From the sequence record PZ452592.1: DNA of 51,359 nt; one strand, given 5' to 3'. Origin of the DNA: a phage. Within the stretch, counting starts at the first letter, position 1; each line of letters opens with the position of its first letter. Position numbers and translations under genes: made by a program. Below, piece by piece: positions 1 to 9,981 of this stretch. Under the pieces are notes generated by a model. It saw only the letters and a list, made by a program, of their open reading frames with translations. It had not been told where the DNA came from and did no database searches.

Positions 1-1569
1 ATGATCATATGGGAAGATTTGACGGCGGCGCAAAAGCGAGCCATTAAAGAAATCAGTGAGCATTCATTCGAAAAGATGATCAGAATCTGGTTTCAGTTAT
101 TGCAGGGGCAAAAATTCCAGAGCAACTGGCATTTTAGCTTATTGTGCAGTGAGGTAGAGAAGATCATCAATGGAGAGTCGCAGAATGTGATTTTCAACAT
201 TACGCCAGGTAGCGGTAAGACTGAGATTTTCTCGATCCACATGTCACCCTACGCGTCATTGAAAAGTCGTAAGGTGAGAAACCTTAACCTTTCGTTTAGT
301 GATGGACTTGTCCAGCAAAACAGCAACAGGATAAAGGAGATTATCGGTTCTCCTGAGTGGCAAGAGCTATGGCCAGGAAAACTGGCAAAGGCGAGCGCAA
401 AAGATCTCATAGTTACGGATGGCGGCAAGGTTAAATTGCAAGTTAACTCACGTTCTATTGGCGGACAGGTAACAGGTTTGCGTGGCGGCTATATGGATGA
501 TGGTTTTACTGGTATGCTGGTTCTGGACGATCCAGACAAGCCTGATGATATGCTTTCTAAGGTCAAGCGTGAGGCGATCCACATGAGGTTAAAAAACACA
601 GTGCGTTCTCGTCGAATGAAAGACACCACGCCAATTGTTATGGTGCAACAGCGACTACACGTTAATGATTCCACCTGGTTCATGCTTAATGGCGGGATGG
701 GCGGTATTGAGTTTAAAGTTGTGAGCATTCCTGCGCTGGTTACGAAAGAATACCGCGAAACGCTTCCTGATTGGTTGAAGCCTGAATTTGATCGTGATGT
801 GTTGTCAAGTAAGCCAGTGATGATAGATGGAGTTGCTCATTATTCATTTTGGCCTGCAAAGGAAAGCGCGGAGGAATTGCTTGCATTGCGCAATGCAGAT
901 CCTTACACGTTCGCCAGCCAATACCAACAACAACCCATCGCGCTTGGCGGCAACGTGTTTAAAACAGAGTGGTTCCAGTATTACGGCAGCGGCGAAAAAT
1001 GCGCACTTCCTAAACCGGATCGCTTTGAATACACATTTATTACTGGAGATACAGCACAGAAGGCCGGAGAGCTTAACGACTATTCAGTTTTTTGTTATTG
1101 GGGGATGTATAAAAATCGCGTTTACTTCATTGATGGCATTCGCGGCAAGTGGGAAGCGCCAGATCTTGAATTAAATTTTATTGCCTTCGTTAATCAGTGC
1201 TGGAAGCGCAATAAGGAGTGTGGCAGCTTGCGACGTATTCACATTGAGGATAAGGCCAGCGGCACGGGTTTGATTCAGGGGGCCAAAAAGAAGATCCCGA
1301 TTGATATAAATCCCGTTCAGCGAAGCAATGACAAGGTAACGCGAGCAATGGACGCCGCGCCAGTAATGAGGGCAGGACGTGTGGCACTGCCAGAAAGTCA
1401 TCCCATGTTACCTGAGATACTGGCAGAGGTTGCAGCGTTCACTTTTGACGATTCTCATCCCCATGATGATATTGTCGATAATATAGTTGATGCTGTTAAC
1501 GTCGAAATGAACTTGGCAGATGATCCGGTAGCAAGGATGAAAAAGCTGGCTGGTCTACGCAATAAATAG
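1..1569 (+). CDS. terL: terminase large subunit
   Basis: 522-aa ORF with P-loop-like TPGSGKTE; directly follows terS (wrapping from window end) and precedes portal. Confidence 0.85.
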   Translation: MIIWEDLTAAQKRAIKEISEHSFEKMIRIWFQLLQGQKFQSNWHFSLLCSEVEKIINGESQNVIFNITPGSGKTEIFSIHMSPYASLKSRKVRNLNLSFSDGLVQQNSNRIKEIIGSPEWQELWPGKLAKASAKDLIVTDGGKVKLQVNSRSIGGQVTGLRGGYMDDGFTGMLVLDDPDKPDDMLSKVKREAIHMRLKNTVRSRRMKDTTPIVMVQQRLHVNDSTWFMLNGGMGGIEFKVVSIPALVTKEYRETLPDWLKPEFDRDVLSSKPVMIDGVAHYSFWPAKESAEELLALRNADPYTFASQYQQQPIALGGNVFKTEWFQYYGSGEKCALPKPDRFEYTFITGDTAQKAGELNDYSVFCYWGMYKNRVYFIDGIRGKWEAPDLELNFIAFVNQCWKRNKECGSLRRIHIEDKASGTGLIQGAKKKIPIDINPVQRSNDKVTRAMDAAPVMRAGRVALPESHPMLPEILAEVAAFTFDDSHPHDDIVDNIVDAVNVEMNLADDPVARMKKLAGLRNK

Positions 1570-1595
1570 CACTAATTGCTAAAAAGTTATATAAT
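1567..1595 (+). promoter_or_regulatory. variant 19-mer box (TAGCACTAATTGCTAAAAAG) followed directly by TATATAAT
   Basis: box overlaps terL stop TAG; TATAAT at 1590-1595 but no 18-nt spacer as in canonical cassettes. Confidence 0.3.
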
Positions 1596-1597
1596 CA

Positions 1598-1622
1598 AGG
1601 CTGGATTTTTCCAGCCTTTTTT
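1598..1622 (+). terminator. intrinsic terminator
   Basis: hairpin AGGCTGGA-TTTT-TCCAGCCT followed by T-run. Confidence 0.7.
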
Positions 1623-1639
1623 ATTATGGAGATTTGACG

Positions 1640-2935
1640 ATGAGCGAAAAAACAAGGCTAGTTAAGGCCGATGGATACAACGAGATTTTCAAGGGCAGCA
1701 AGGGTAATGGGCGTGTAGAGTTGCCTTTCTTTATGCAAGGTTTCGAATACACCACGCACGCTGATTTTTACATTCGCGATGGACTAGCAAAACGAATTAT
1801 CGACGTTGTTCCAGAAGAAATGGTGACGCCTGGATTTAATATTGACGGCGTGGAAGACGAGGAAAGTTTTAGATCTTTGTGGGATGAGAAGCGACTAAAC
1901 GATAAAATCATTGATGCGCTTTGCTGGTCGCGTCTTTTTGGTGGCGCTGCAATCGTGGCAATCGTTCAGGATGGCAGGGCATTAAAGTCACCTGTAGCGC
2001 CTGGTGCAATCCTTGAAGATGTTCGCGTTTACGATCGCTTTCAGGTTCGCGTAGAAAAGCGAGAAACTAATCCGCGCAAGGTACGATATGGTGAGCCATT
2101 GATTTACACTATTACACCTGGTGCTGACCTGCCAGAATACCAGGTTCACTATTCGCGAGTCTGTATTATCGACGGTGAGCGGCTACCAAATCAGCGGCGT
2201 CAATCAAATGATGGTTGGGGTGAGTCAATCCTGAATAAGCGATTGGTTGAGGCTATTTGTGATTACAACTACTGCGAAAACTTAGCAACTCAATTGTTGC
2301 GACGTAAGCAACAGGCAGTATGGAAAGCTAAAGGACTTGCCGATCTTTGTGATGATGATGGTGATGGTGTTAACGCCGCGCGTTTGCGCCTTGCTCAAGT
2401 TGATGATGAGGGTGGCGTAGGCCGTGCGATCGGCATTGATGCGGAAGATGAGGAATATGATGTTTTAAATTCTGATATTTCCGGCGTCGATTCATTCCTG
2501 GAAAAGAAGATGGATCGCATTGTATCTCTTTCCGGCATCCATGAAATCATCCTCAAAAACAAGAACGTTGGCGGTGTTAGCGCGAGCCAAAACACGGCGC
2601 TTGAAACCTTCTACAAGCTGATCGATCGAAAGAGAAAGGAAGAATACAAACCAATCCTTGAATTTCTGATCCCGTTCCTGATTCAAGAAGAAGAATGGAG
2701 CATTCAGTTTGCGCCGTTAAGCGTTCCAAGCGAAAAGGACCAGGCCGAGATCTTGAACAAGAATATTGATTCTTTGAGCAAGGCCATTGACGGTCAATTC
2801 ATGGATACAGATGAGGCGCGCGACACATTGCGAGCCATTGCGCCTAACGTTAAACTAAAAGACGGCAATGACATTAAATTACCTGAGCAAGACGTAGAGC
2901 CGGAGCCAGGAACAACAGAGGGTAGCAATCAATGA
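1640..2935 (+). CDS. portal protein
   Basis: 432-aa ORF right after terL; GGAG 8 nt upstream of ATG 1640 (track start 1634 is TTG); acidic C-terminus; position-based call. Confidence 0.7.
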   Translation: MSEKTRLVKADGYNEIFKGSKGNGRVELPFFMQGFEYTTHADFYIRDGLAKRIIDVVPEEMVTPGFNIDGVEDEESFRSLWDEKRLNDKIIDALCWSRLFGGAAIVAIVQDGRALKSPVAPGAILEDVRVYDRFQVRVEKRETNPRKVRYGEPLIYTITPGADLPEYQVHYSRVCIIDGERLPNQRRQSNDGWGESILNKRLVEAICDYNYCENLATQLLRRKQQAVWKAKGLADLCDDDGDGVNAARLRLAQVDDEGGVGRAIGIDAEDEEYDVLNSDISGVDSFLEKKMDRIVSLSGIHEIILKNKNVGGVSASQNTALETFYKLIDRKRKEEYKPILEFLIPFLIQEEEWSIQFAPLSVPSEKDQAEILNKNIDSLSKAIDGQFMDTDEARDTLRAIAPNVKLKDGNDIKLPEQDVEPEPGTTEGSNQ

Positions 2936-3687
2936 TAGTGAAAGGCGTCGTTAAACAATGGCGCTTTCCTGAAGCAAGCGAGCGGCAATTGCGCCGCTCA
3001 ATTCAGGAGGCGATAAGGGATCTTGTTGTGCTGATGCGCAGCAAAACAAAGGAAATGAAATTTGACGCGGACACCGAAGAAATCAACGCCGCAGAGGATG
3101 AGATTAGTAGCTTCGCGTTAAAGCTAATAGCTGGCATCGCCGCATCACTTCCGGCTATCGGTCTTGCTGTTTATAAATTCAACGCGAAGCAATTTATTAA
3201 CGTAGCCAAATCAACGGGAGGCAAGTCAAATTCAGCCGTTATCATCCTTATGGCTATTGGGGCCAATGCGAATGAGAGTTGGTATAGGACGCTATACGGT
3301 CAATGGCATGACATGACGATCGCATCTCTTCAAAAGCTATTTGGAAACATCGTGTCTGACTGGTCAACCAATATTAGATTGGCAAACTTTCGCGGAATGA
3401 GAGATAGCCAGGTTAATGAATTGGCTGGTAAGAGGTTCGCAGTGTATAGCTCTTGGGGTAAGACCAGGGCGGAAAACATCATAGGCGCTTGGAATAGTAG
3501 ACTCATGCGCCAGCGTCTTTATGATTCAAAAGTAACTCATTATTTTTGGCATGGTATGCTTGATGACAGAGAGCGATTGCAGCATGTACAATGGGAAGGT
3601 AAGCGCATTGCGCTAGATTCTGAACATGATTTTCCTGGTGAGCCTTTCGGTTGTCGTTGTTGGGCCATACCAGATTGGAACAGTTAA
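2932..3687 (+). CDS. head morphogenesis (minor head) protein
   Basis: 251-aa ORF, ATGA overlap with portal stop; position after portal typical of F-like minor head protein. Confidence 0.5.
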   Translation: MIVKGVVKQWRFPEASERQLRRSIQEAIRDLVVLMRSKTKEMKFDADTEEINAAEDEISSFALKLIAGIAASLPAIGLAVYKFNAKQFINVAKSTGGKSNSAVIILMAIGANANESWYRTLYGQWHDMTIASLQKLFGNIVSDWSTNIRLANFRGMRDSQVNELAGKRFAVYSSWGKTRAENIIGAWNSRLMRQRLYDSKVTHYFWHGMLDDRERLQHVQWEGKRIALDSEHDFPGEPFGCRCWAIPDWNS

Positions 3688-3697
3688 GAGGTATTAA

Positions 3698-4813
3698 ATG
3701 AAGGCAAAACAAAGATTTGATAGCGCCAAAGTAAAGGCGCACTTTGATGATAACGGGTTTTTAGTTGATCGCCCTATAGTGGCGCGAATTGGTTTACAAG
3801 TCTATCAGACTCCTTTCGGTGAGCGCCGAGAATTTCGCCCTGCGTCCGAAGTATTCAAGGCCGACTCACTCGCCACCTTCGCAGGGAAGCCGGTCACGGT
3901 TGGTCACGTCACGGTAACGCCAGAAAACGCCGAAAAGGTTGTAGTTGGTTCTTGTGCTGGCGCTGGTGTGCCGAACGGGATCGGCGTAGAGGTTCCGTTA
4001 AGCATTTACTCAAAACGAGCAATCGAAAGCGCAAAGAAGCGAGACACGGCGGAAATTTCAGTTGGTTATACATCGGTTGATATTGATAAACCAGGCTGGG
4101 GCAATAATAAAACTGGTGAGTACTTTTTCGATGAGGACGTTAGCGAAGACTGGAAACCTGATTCTCATGATTGGGTTAAGTTTGATGCAATCCAGACTGA
4201 AATCAAGGTAAACCACATCGCGTTAGTTTTCCGAGGTCGGGCTGGCATTGCAAAATTAAACCTTGATAGCCAGCAAGATTTTCCGTATAGTGACGACGTT
4301 ATTAACAACAAAGAGGATCAAATAATGACTGTAAAAATTAAACTTGATGGCGCTGTAGAATTTGATGTGCCGAAAGCGGTTGCGGATCACATTGAGACGC
4401 TTAAAGCTGATGCCAAAGCACAGAAAGAAAAGGCGGACGGCCTGGAAGCTGAGCGCGATGCGCTGCAATCCAAAGTAGATGGCATTCAGGATCAGATTGA
4501 TGCCGCAGTCAAGAAGGCAAAAGAAGATGCCGAGCAATATGCTCAATTAGTGGCAGACGCTAAAGAGTTAGGCATCAAGTGCGACGGCCTGGACGCCAAA
4601 GCAATCAAGGTTGCATACATCAAGGAAGTTATGGGCAATGACGTTTCTGATAAAACTGATGCCTATATCGAAACAGCTTTCGACATCGCCAAAAACTCTG
4701 ATAAAATGGCGGCGCAGCGTAAGAGCATTAAAGGTGACTCTTTCGCGAATGAAAAGCAGGATGATGCAGGTTCTAAGCTGAATCCTAACGCTCGTTTTGA
4801 GAAACTGAAATAA
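3698..4813 (+). CDS. putative prohead protease/scaffolding protein
   Basis: 371-aa ORF; Ala/Lys/Glu-rich coiled-coil C-terminal half (KADAKAQKEKADGLEAERDALQSK...) typical of scaffolds. Confidence 0.45.
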   Translation: MKAKQRFDSAKVKAHFDDNGFLVDRPIVARIGLQVYQTPFGERREFRPASEVFKADSLATFAGKPVTVGHVTVTPENAEKVVVGSCAGAGVPNGIGVEVPLSIYSKRAIESAKKRDTAEISVGYTSVDIDKPGWGNNKTGEYFFDEDVSEDWKPDSHDWVKFDAIQTEIKVNHIALVFRGRAGIAKLNLDSQQDFPYSDDVINNKEDQIMTVKIKLDGAVEFDVPKAVADHIETLKADAKAQKEKADGLEAERDALQSKVDGIQDQIDAAVKKAKEDAEQYAQLVADAKELGIKCDGLDAKAIKVAYIKEVMGNDVSDKTDAYIETAFDIAKNSDKMAAQRKSIKGDSFANEKQDDAGSKLNPNARFEKLK

Positions 4814-4825
4814 GGAGTAATTAAA

Positions 4826-5335
4826 ATGGCTAAAATTGGAGCAAGTTATTTTGACACTATGGCGCGTGCGCTTCCTGGTCAGGTATCCGACACGTCAGCA
4901 TATAACATCGACGGCGCTTGCGTTCTTGACAAGGAAGACGGCATCCCAATCCTGGTTGGTGTGGCTGTTAAGCTAAAAGGCGTTGACTCAATGGGTAACA
5001 AGCTGATCGACTCCATTTCCGCTGGCGGTGATGTTCCTTATGGCGTTGGCATCCGTTCTCACTTTCAAACAACGGCTGATAATGGTCGAATGGTTTATGA
5101 GGTTGGCGGCGGAATCAACGTTATGACAGAGGGCCGCGTTTGGATGATTGGCGATGATTCAGATAAGGCCAAAAAGCCATCGTATCGTGAGCCTGTAAAA
5201 ATTGATGAAAACACTGGCAAGGTAAAAAGTGGTGGCGCTATCAATACCAACTGGATTTACACGGGAGATAAAACCACATTTGGAACTGGCGAAGATGTGT
5301 TGACTTTGTTTGAAGTTCAGGTCTTCCCAAGCTAA
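4826..5335 (+). CDS. virion structural protein (paralog 1, decoration-like)
   Basis: 169-aa ORF, strong RBS AAGGAG; shares N-terminal motifs with next gene (YNIDG, INxxTxGxVW, WIxTGD). Confidence 0.4.
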   Translation: MAKIGASYFDTMARALPGQVSDTSAYNIDGACVLDKEDGIPILVGVAVKLKGVDSMGNKLIDSISAGGDVPYGVGIRSHFQTTADNGRMVYEVGGGINVMTEGRVWMIGDDSDKAKKPSYREPVKIDENTGKVKSGGAINTNWIYTGDKTTFGTGEDVLTLFEVQVFPS

Positions 5336-5340
5336 AATTA

Positions 5341-5366
5341 AGGCGCTCGCTTGAGCGCCTTTTTTA
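5341..5366 (+). terminator. intrinsic terminator
   Basis: hairpin AGGCGCTC-GCTT-GAGCGCCT followed by T6. Confidence 0.7.
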
Positions 5367-5385
5367 TTATGTAAGGAGAAATGAA

Positions 5386-6168
5386 ATGGCTAAAGATTAT
5401 TCATCTGTTATGGGTCTTTCTTGCCCTGGTTGTTTGGTTGATTCTACTCGCTACAATATTGATGGAACTGGCGTTTGCGGATCTGAGTCGATCATTGCTG
5501 GCAAAGTTGTTTTCTTCAAAGAGAGAGTGGAAGGTTATAACATATTTGTTGATCATAAAGAGTATGATGCTGTGGTTGCTGGTGTTGCTATAAGGAGCAA
5601 TATCACGACAACGGTTAACGAGGAAGACGGATACTCTGACTATAAGGAAGGAGATTCTATCAACATTTTAACAAGAGGGGTTGTATGGTGCTTAACTCAA
5701 ACGATTGAGTCTGCGCCTGAACATGGCGATCTTGTTTATGTTAACAATGATGGTTTTGTAGCAAAAAGTGATGGCGATGAAATCGTCGATGGCTGGATTT
5801 TTACTGGTGACTTCTACAAGTTTGATGAAACAATAAACATAGTAGGAGTAAGGATAACGCCGCTTCATCATAGAAAATACCTTCTTACTGGTGCGATAAT
5901 TGAGGCTGAAAATGGCTACATAGAGGGAACAGAGACGATTAATAACGTTCAATTAAAGGTAACGGTTGTTCCTACTTGGGCTGATGACAAAACGGGTCAG
6001 TGGACAATTACAAACGAGCAAGATCCAAAGGTTGCCAGCGTTAGCCGTACAGGTCTTGTTGTTCCTACTGGTGTAGGAGGCAGAGTTAACGTCAACTGGA
6101 CTGCTAATGATGGTTCTGGAGTTGCTGACCAGTTTGATATTGTATTTAAGAAAACCGCTGGCGCATAA
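5386..6168 (+). CDS. virion structural protein (paralog 2) with C-terminal Ig-like domain
   Basis: 260-aa ORF; N-terminal half paralogous to 4826..5335; C-terminal beta-rich region resembles bacterial Ig-like fold. Confidence 0.4.
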   Translation: MAKDYSSVMGLSCPGCLVDSTRYNIDGTGVCGSESIIAGKVVFFKERVEGYNIFVDHKEYDAVVAGVAIRSNITTTVNEEDGYSDYKEGDSINILTRGVVWCLTQTIESAPEHGDLVYVNNDGFVAKSDGDEIVDGWIFTGDFYKFDETINIVGVRITPLHHRKYLLTGAIIEAENGYIEGTETINNVQLKVTVVPTWADDKTGQWTITNEQDPKVASVSRTGLVVPTGVGGRVNVNWTANDGSGVADQFDIVFKKTAGA

Positions 6169-6193
6169 CTGATAGCATAAAAAAACATTGCAC

Positions 6194-6212
6194 GTTTAAC
6201 AAAAAGTGCTAT
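6194..6212 (-). promoter_or_regulatory. inverted copy of conserved 19-mer box upstream of major capsid gene
   Basis: GTTTAACAAAAAGTGCTAT on + strand; no -10 at cassette spacing on either strand. Confidence 0.3.
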
Positions 6213-6217
6213 CATCT

Positions 6218-6244
6218 AGGCCGTTACATTTAACGGCCTTTTTT
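6218..6244 (+). terminator. intrinsic terminator
   Basis: hairpin AGGCCGTTA-CATT-TAACGGCCT followed by T6. Confidence 0.65.
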
Positions 6245-6258
6245 ATGGAGGAAGCAAA

Positions 6259-7230
6259 ATGGCTAAAAAATACGATGAATTAGATGCTACCATTGTAGCA
6301 AATCATTTACAGGTTCAGGGCGTTAAGGGTGATGCTTCTGATATGGGTATTTGGACCGCTCAAGAGCTACACAAGATCCGTTCAACGGCATACGAGAAAG
6401 AGTATCCGGCAGGTTCCGCACTTCGCGTATTCCCTGTAACAAACGAGCTTTCTGATACTGATAAGACTTTTGAGTATCAGACTTTTGATAAGGTTGGCTA
6501 CGCGAAAATTATCGCCGACTACACCGACGATCTGCCGACTGTGGACGCGCTGATGACTTCTGAGTTTGGCAAAGTGTTCCGCCTGGGTAACGCTTATCTG
6601 ATCTCCATTGATGAGATTAAAGCAGGTCAGCGAACTGGCAAGAGCCTGTCAACTCGCAAGGCTAACGCCGCGCAAAATGCACATGATCAGCTGATTAACT
6701 TCCTGGTGTTCAAAGGTTCCAAGCCTCATAAGATCGTTTCCGTTTTCGATCACCCTAACCTTACGAAAATTGTTTCTAAAGGATGGATGAGCCAGGATGG
6801 AAACACCAAGTTCCCTGATGTGGCAAGCGATGAACTGGAGGCTGCAATCGAGACTATCGAGGAAGTAACCAAAGGTCAGCACCGCGCGACTAACATCCTG
6901 ATCCCGCCGTCCATGCGTAAAGTCTTGACGGCTCGAATGGAAAATACCACTGAAAGTTATCTTGAATACTTCCAGAAGCAAAACGGCGGCATCACTATCG
7001 ACTCTATCGCAGAGCTTGAGGATATTAACGGCAAAGGTACGAAAGGTTGCTTGGTTTACGAAAAAGATCCAATGAACATGAGCATTGAGATTCCAGAAGC
7101 GTTTAATATGCTTCCGGCGCAACCAAAAGACCTTCACTTCAAGGTTCCTTGCACTTCCAAGTGTACTGGCCTTACAATTTATCGTCCGTTTACGATGGTG
7201 CTTATTACTGGCTTGAAAAAGTCAGATTAA
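6259..7230 (+). CDS. major capsid protein
   Basis: 323-aa ORF with strong RBS GGAGG, bracketed by strong terminators; position and size in head module. Confidence 0.7.
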   Translation: MAKKYDELDATIVANHLQVQGVKGDASDMGIWTAQELHKIRSTAYEKEYPAGSALRVFPVTNELSDTDKTFEYQTFDKVGYAKIIADYTDDLPTVDALMTSEFGKVFRLGNAYLISIDEIKAGQRTGKSLSTRKANAAQNAHDQLINFLVFKGSKPHKIVSVFDHPNLTKIVSKGWMSQDGNTKFPDVASDELEAAIETIEEVTKGQHRATNILIPPSMRKVLTARMENTTESYLEYFQKQNGGITIDSIAELEDINGKGTKGCLVYEKDPMNMSIEIPEAFNMLPAQPKDLHFKVPCTSKCTGLTIYRPFTMVLITGLKKSD

Positions 7231-7241
7231 TTAGATAACAT

Positions 7242-7271
7242 GGGGAGCCTTAAGGGTTCCCCTTTTTTTTT
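7242..7271 (+). terminator. intrinsic terminator
   Basis: hairpin GGGGAGCC-TTAA-GGGTTCCCC followed by T9. Confidence 0.75.
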
Positions 7272-7289
7272 ATTTATGGAGCACGCAAA

Positions 7290-7556
7290 ATGAGCAAAAA
7301 CTTAAAACTTAAAGTAACTGGCGTTTGCATGATCATTATGAACGGTAAGCGTTATCATCCTGGTGATGAAATTGAAATTGAATCCGATCGCATTAATGAT
7401 TCCGCAATTGAATACCTGATCGCTCGCGGCGATGTGGAAGTTAAAGACAATTCCGAAATTAACGAGCAAATCAAGGAGAAAGCGGAGAAGAAGCGCAAAA
7501 AAGATCCTACCGAGGGCAAGAGCCGCAAAGAGCTAGAGGATGGCGGCGAATATTAA
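7290..7556 (+). CDS. hypothetical protein (Lys/Glu-rich C-terminus)
   Basis: 88-aa ORF, RBS GGAG upstream. Confidence 0.5.
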   Translation: MSKNLKLKVTGVCMIIMNGKRYHPGDEIEIESDRINDSAIEYLIARGDVEVKDNSEINEQIKEKAEKKRKKDPTEGKSRKELEDGGEY

Positions 7557-7561
7557 TAATT

Positions 7562-7582
7562 GGGGCGCTTATGCGCCCCTTG
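7562..7582 (+). terminator. hairpin (weak terminator) in a repeated hairpin-RBS module
   Basis: GGGGCGC-TTAT-GCGCCCC then TTGTCAT; near-identical module at 23223. Confidence 0.35.
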
Positions 7583-7602
7583 TCATATCTGGAGAAAACA
7601 AA

Positions 7603-8022
7603 ATGGTAGATGAATTTTACACAGACGCTGAAATCGTTCAGCAAATCGTAAAGTTGGCCCCACCAATGCAGCAGGTTGATCCCGATTTAATTGTGGCATG
7701 GATTGAGCTTGCTAAAGAATTTGTTTGCAAAAAACGGTTTAAAAACTCATACCCTAAAGCGGTTGCGCTTTACACTCTTCACCTTATGACCTTAGACGGG
7801 GCAATGAAACAGGAAGGTGAAAGCGTAGAAAGCTACTCCCGACGCGTTGCCTCGTTCACTCTGACTGGTGAATTTAGTCAGACGTTTGATCGAATTTCTT
7901 CCGATACAAGCGGAAAGCAGATCCGACAAACGCCGTGGGGCAAAATGTACGAAGTGTTAAACCGTAAGCACGGTGGCGGCTTTGGCCTTGTGACTGGATT
8001 GCGCCGGAGATGCTGCCGATGA
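7603..8022 (+). CDS. putative head-tail connector protein
   Basis: 139-aa ORF from ATG 7603 with RBS GGAG (track start 7540 overlaps upstream gene); position between head and tail genes. Confidence 0.4.
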   Translation: MVDEFYTDAEIVQQIVKLAPPMQQVDPDLIVAWIELAKEFVCKKRFKNSYPKAVALYTLHLMTLDGAMKQEGESVESYSRRVASFTLTGEFSQTFDRISSDTSGKQIRQTPWGKMYEVLNRKHGGGFGLVTGLRRRCCR

Positions 8023-8393
8023 ACTACAATGAGATTGCAAGAATGGCTACGGCTGGGATTAACTTTTTCAGCGATGCTAACGGTATGTTTAAGTGCATCA
8101 CGCAGCAGGGAGGGGTTGAGATTATCGGCGGAGAGGAAGTTACCAAGCCGGAGATTTCAGTGATGATAAAGGGGCTTGTTAGATCTCCGAGGACTAGAGA
8201 GGTTGACGGTGAAGCAATCCGAGTAACCGACAAGTTGGGGATATTCACCAATGAAACTGAGATCAAAAATGGTTATCAGATTGAAATTGATGGCGATCGT
8301 TATGTTGTCGTTGAAGCAAGACCAGTCAGACAGACTAACATCACGGCAGCTTATCGTCCGATATTAAGGAGGATTGCTGTGCATGGCGGATAA
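8019..8393 (+). CDS. putative head closure/head-tail joining protein
   Basis: 124-aa ORF; ATG 8019 with GGAG 9 nt upstream; overlaps previous stop. Confidence 0.4.
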   Translation: MNYNEIARMATAGINFFSDANGMFKCITQQGGVEIIGGEEVTKPEISVMIKGLVRSPRTREVDGEAIRVTDKLGIFTNETEIKNGYQIEIDGDRYVVVEARPVRQTNITAAYRPILRRIAVHGG

Positions 8394-8826
8394 TTATAAG
8401 ATCAGGGAATTTCACGGTGATATAAGCAGATGGATTGATTCAGTAAGCAGCGGCCTTGTTGATTGCGTTGAAATGTTCGCGACAAACGTCCACGAGGATC
8501 TTGTAAAGCGTTCGCCAGTTGATACGGGCCGATATAAAGCTAACTGGCAGGTAACAGCAAACAAGCCGCCGCTATATGCGCTCAATCAATACGATCGCGA
8601 TGGTAGTAAAACCATTGCAGAAGGCAAGCGAGCAATATATGCAATCATGCGGGGCGGTGGCGCGGTGCGGTCAATCTATTTTTCAAACATGCTTATTTAC
8701 GCCAATGCGCTTGAATACGGGCATTCAAAACAAGCGCCGTCCGGCGTGCTGGGAATCGTGGCGGTAAAGCTGCGATCCTATATGACTAAGGCAATAAATG
8801 ATTCGAGGGCAAAAAATGCACTATGA
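8383..8826 (+). CDS. HK97 gp10-like tail completion/neck protein
   Basis: motif PVDTGRYKANW and YANALEYG resemble the HK97 gp10 family; RBS AAGGAGG. Confidence 0.55.
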   Translation: MADNYKIREFHGDISRWIDSVSSGLVDCVEMFATNVHEDLVKRSPVDTGRYKANWQVTANKPPLYALNQYDRDGSKTIAEGKRAIYAIMRGGGAVRSIYFSNMLIYANALEYGHSKQAPSGVLGIVAVKLRSYMTKAINDSRAKNAL

Positions 8827-9217
8827 TTTAATGTTAGCGGCAAGAAAGGCGCTGGCGGCGGAATATGAATCACGATTCAAGATCGCCTATGAAAACGTTG
8901 ATTTTGTTCCGCCTGGTGATGGTTCGATGTGGTTAAAATTTGACTACATGGAAGCCGACACAGATCGCATATCTCTTGATAGAAAATGCGTTTCTTATAT
9001 CGGATTGGTTCAGGTTGGAATTGTTATGCCTCCTGGCGGCGGCACTGATAAAGCGCGTTTGCTGGCTAAAGAGATTGCGAGATTTTTCTATGATGGTAGA
9101 ATGTTTGAAACTGGCTATATTAGCGAGGGGGCAAACGTCCACGCATTACTAAAAAGTGAAACAGGTTGGTTCTTACCGATCCGTTTCAGTGTTAGGCTTG
9201 ACACAAAGGAGGAATAA
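8816..9217 (+). CDS. putative tail terminator/tail completion protein
   Basis: 133-aa ORF just upstream of major tail gene; RBS GAGGG. Confidence 0.4.
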   Translation: MHYDLMLAARKALAAEYESRFKIAYENVDFVPPGDGSMWLKFDYMEADTDRISLDRKCVSYIGLVQVGIVMPPGGGTDKARLLAKEIARFFYDGRMFETGYISEGANVHALLKSETGWFLPIRFSVRLDTKEE

Positions 9218-9219
9218 TC

Positions 9220-9882
9220 ATGCACTTGCCTAATGGTTCTCAAATTTTCATCGGCGTTAATATGGGTGAGCCAATTAGCGCGACTCAAATCAGCAATGCT
9301 GATAATCCTGTTTTTACAACCGAAAACACTCAAAGCATCAAAAAAGGCGCTTATGTTCTTATTGAAACATCTTCTTGGGGCAAACTTGTTAGTCGAGTGC
9401 TTCGAGTTAAGGAAGTATCAGATAATGTAAGTGTTACTCTTGAGGGTGTTAGCACTAAAGATACAAACGTATTTCCAGAAGGACAGAACACAGCAACTTT
9501 CCGAGAAGTGAAATCTTGGGTAGAGGTTCCTTGCGTACAGGATCTTGCGCAGGACGGCGGCGAGCAACAGTATTACACTTATCAGTGTTTGGCTGATGAC
9601 CAGGAACAGCAGTTACCGACCTACAAGAGCGCGGTTTCTCTTACCTACACTTTCGCTCATGAATATGATAACCCGATTTATCCGATCTTGCGCGAGGCTG
9701 AGGAATCCGGCGACGTAACAGCTTTGCGTATGTACGTTCCTAAAGCTAAAGAGATGCGTTGCTGGGCTGGCGTATTGTCCTTTAATGACATTCCGCAAAC
9801 AACTATGAACGAAATGGAAACTGTTTCCCTTTCCGTATCTCTGAAAGGTCGATTCACGTTCTTACCTTCTGACGTTAAGTAA
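9220..9882 (+). CDS. major tail (tube) protein
   Basis: 220-aa ORF, RBS AAGGAGG, followed by strong terminator; immediately upstream of G/GT chaperones and tape measure. Confidence 0.65.
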   Translation: MHLPNGSQIFIGVNMGEPISATQISNADNPVFTTENTQSIKKGAYVLIETSSWGKLVSRVLRVKEVSDNVSVTLEGVSTKDTNVFPEGQNTATFREVKSWVEVPCVQDLAQDGGEQQYYTYQCLADDQEQQLPTYKSAVSLTYTFAHEYDNPIYPILREAEESGDVTALRMYVPKAKEMRCWAGVLSFNDIPQTTMNEMETVSLSVSLKGRFTFLPSDVK

Positions 9883-9887
9883 AACAA

Positions 9888-9908
9888 GGGGCGTTGCGCC
9901 CCTTTTTT
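9888..9908 (+). terminator. intrinsic terminator
   Basis: hairpin GGGGCG-TTG-CGCCCC followed by T6. Confidence 0.8.
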
Positions 9909-9947
9909 CATTCCTGTAAAATCAATCTATCAAATAAATCAATTTCA

Positions 9948-9966
9948 CTTTTAACAAAAAGTGCTA
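9948..9966 (-). promoter_or_regulatory. inverted copy of conserved 19-mer box abutting the RBS of the chaperone gene
   Basis: CTTTTAACAAAAAGTGCTA on + strand, then CAAGGAG RBS. Confidence 0.3.
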
Positions 9967-9981
9967 CAAGGAGATCTTGAG

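Noticed and set aside
489-1401. Track ORFs 489..728 (-), 827..1174 (+), 1171..1401 (-), 1190..1387 (-) inside terL
   Set aside because: They lie wholly inside the long terL reading frame on the other strand or frame and have no RBS; treated as chance ORFs.
6649-7137. 162-aa minus-strand ORF inside the major capsid gene
   Set aside because: Antisense to a well-supported structural gene bracketed by strong terminators; His/Arg/Phe-rich composition typical of an out-of-frame read.
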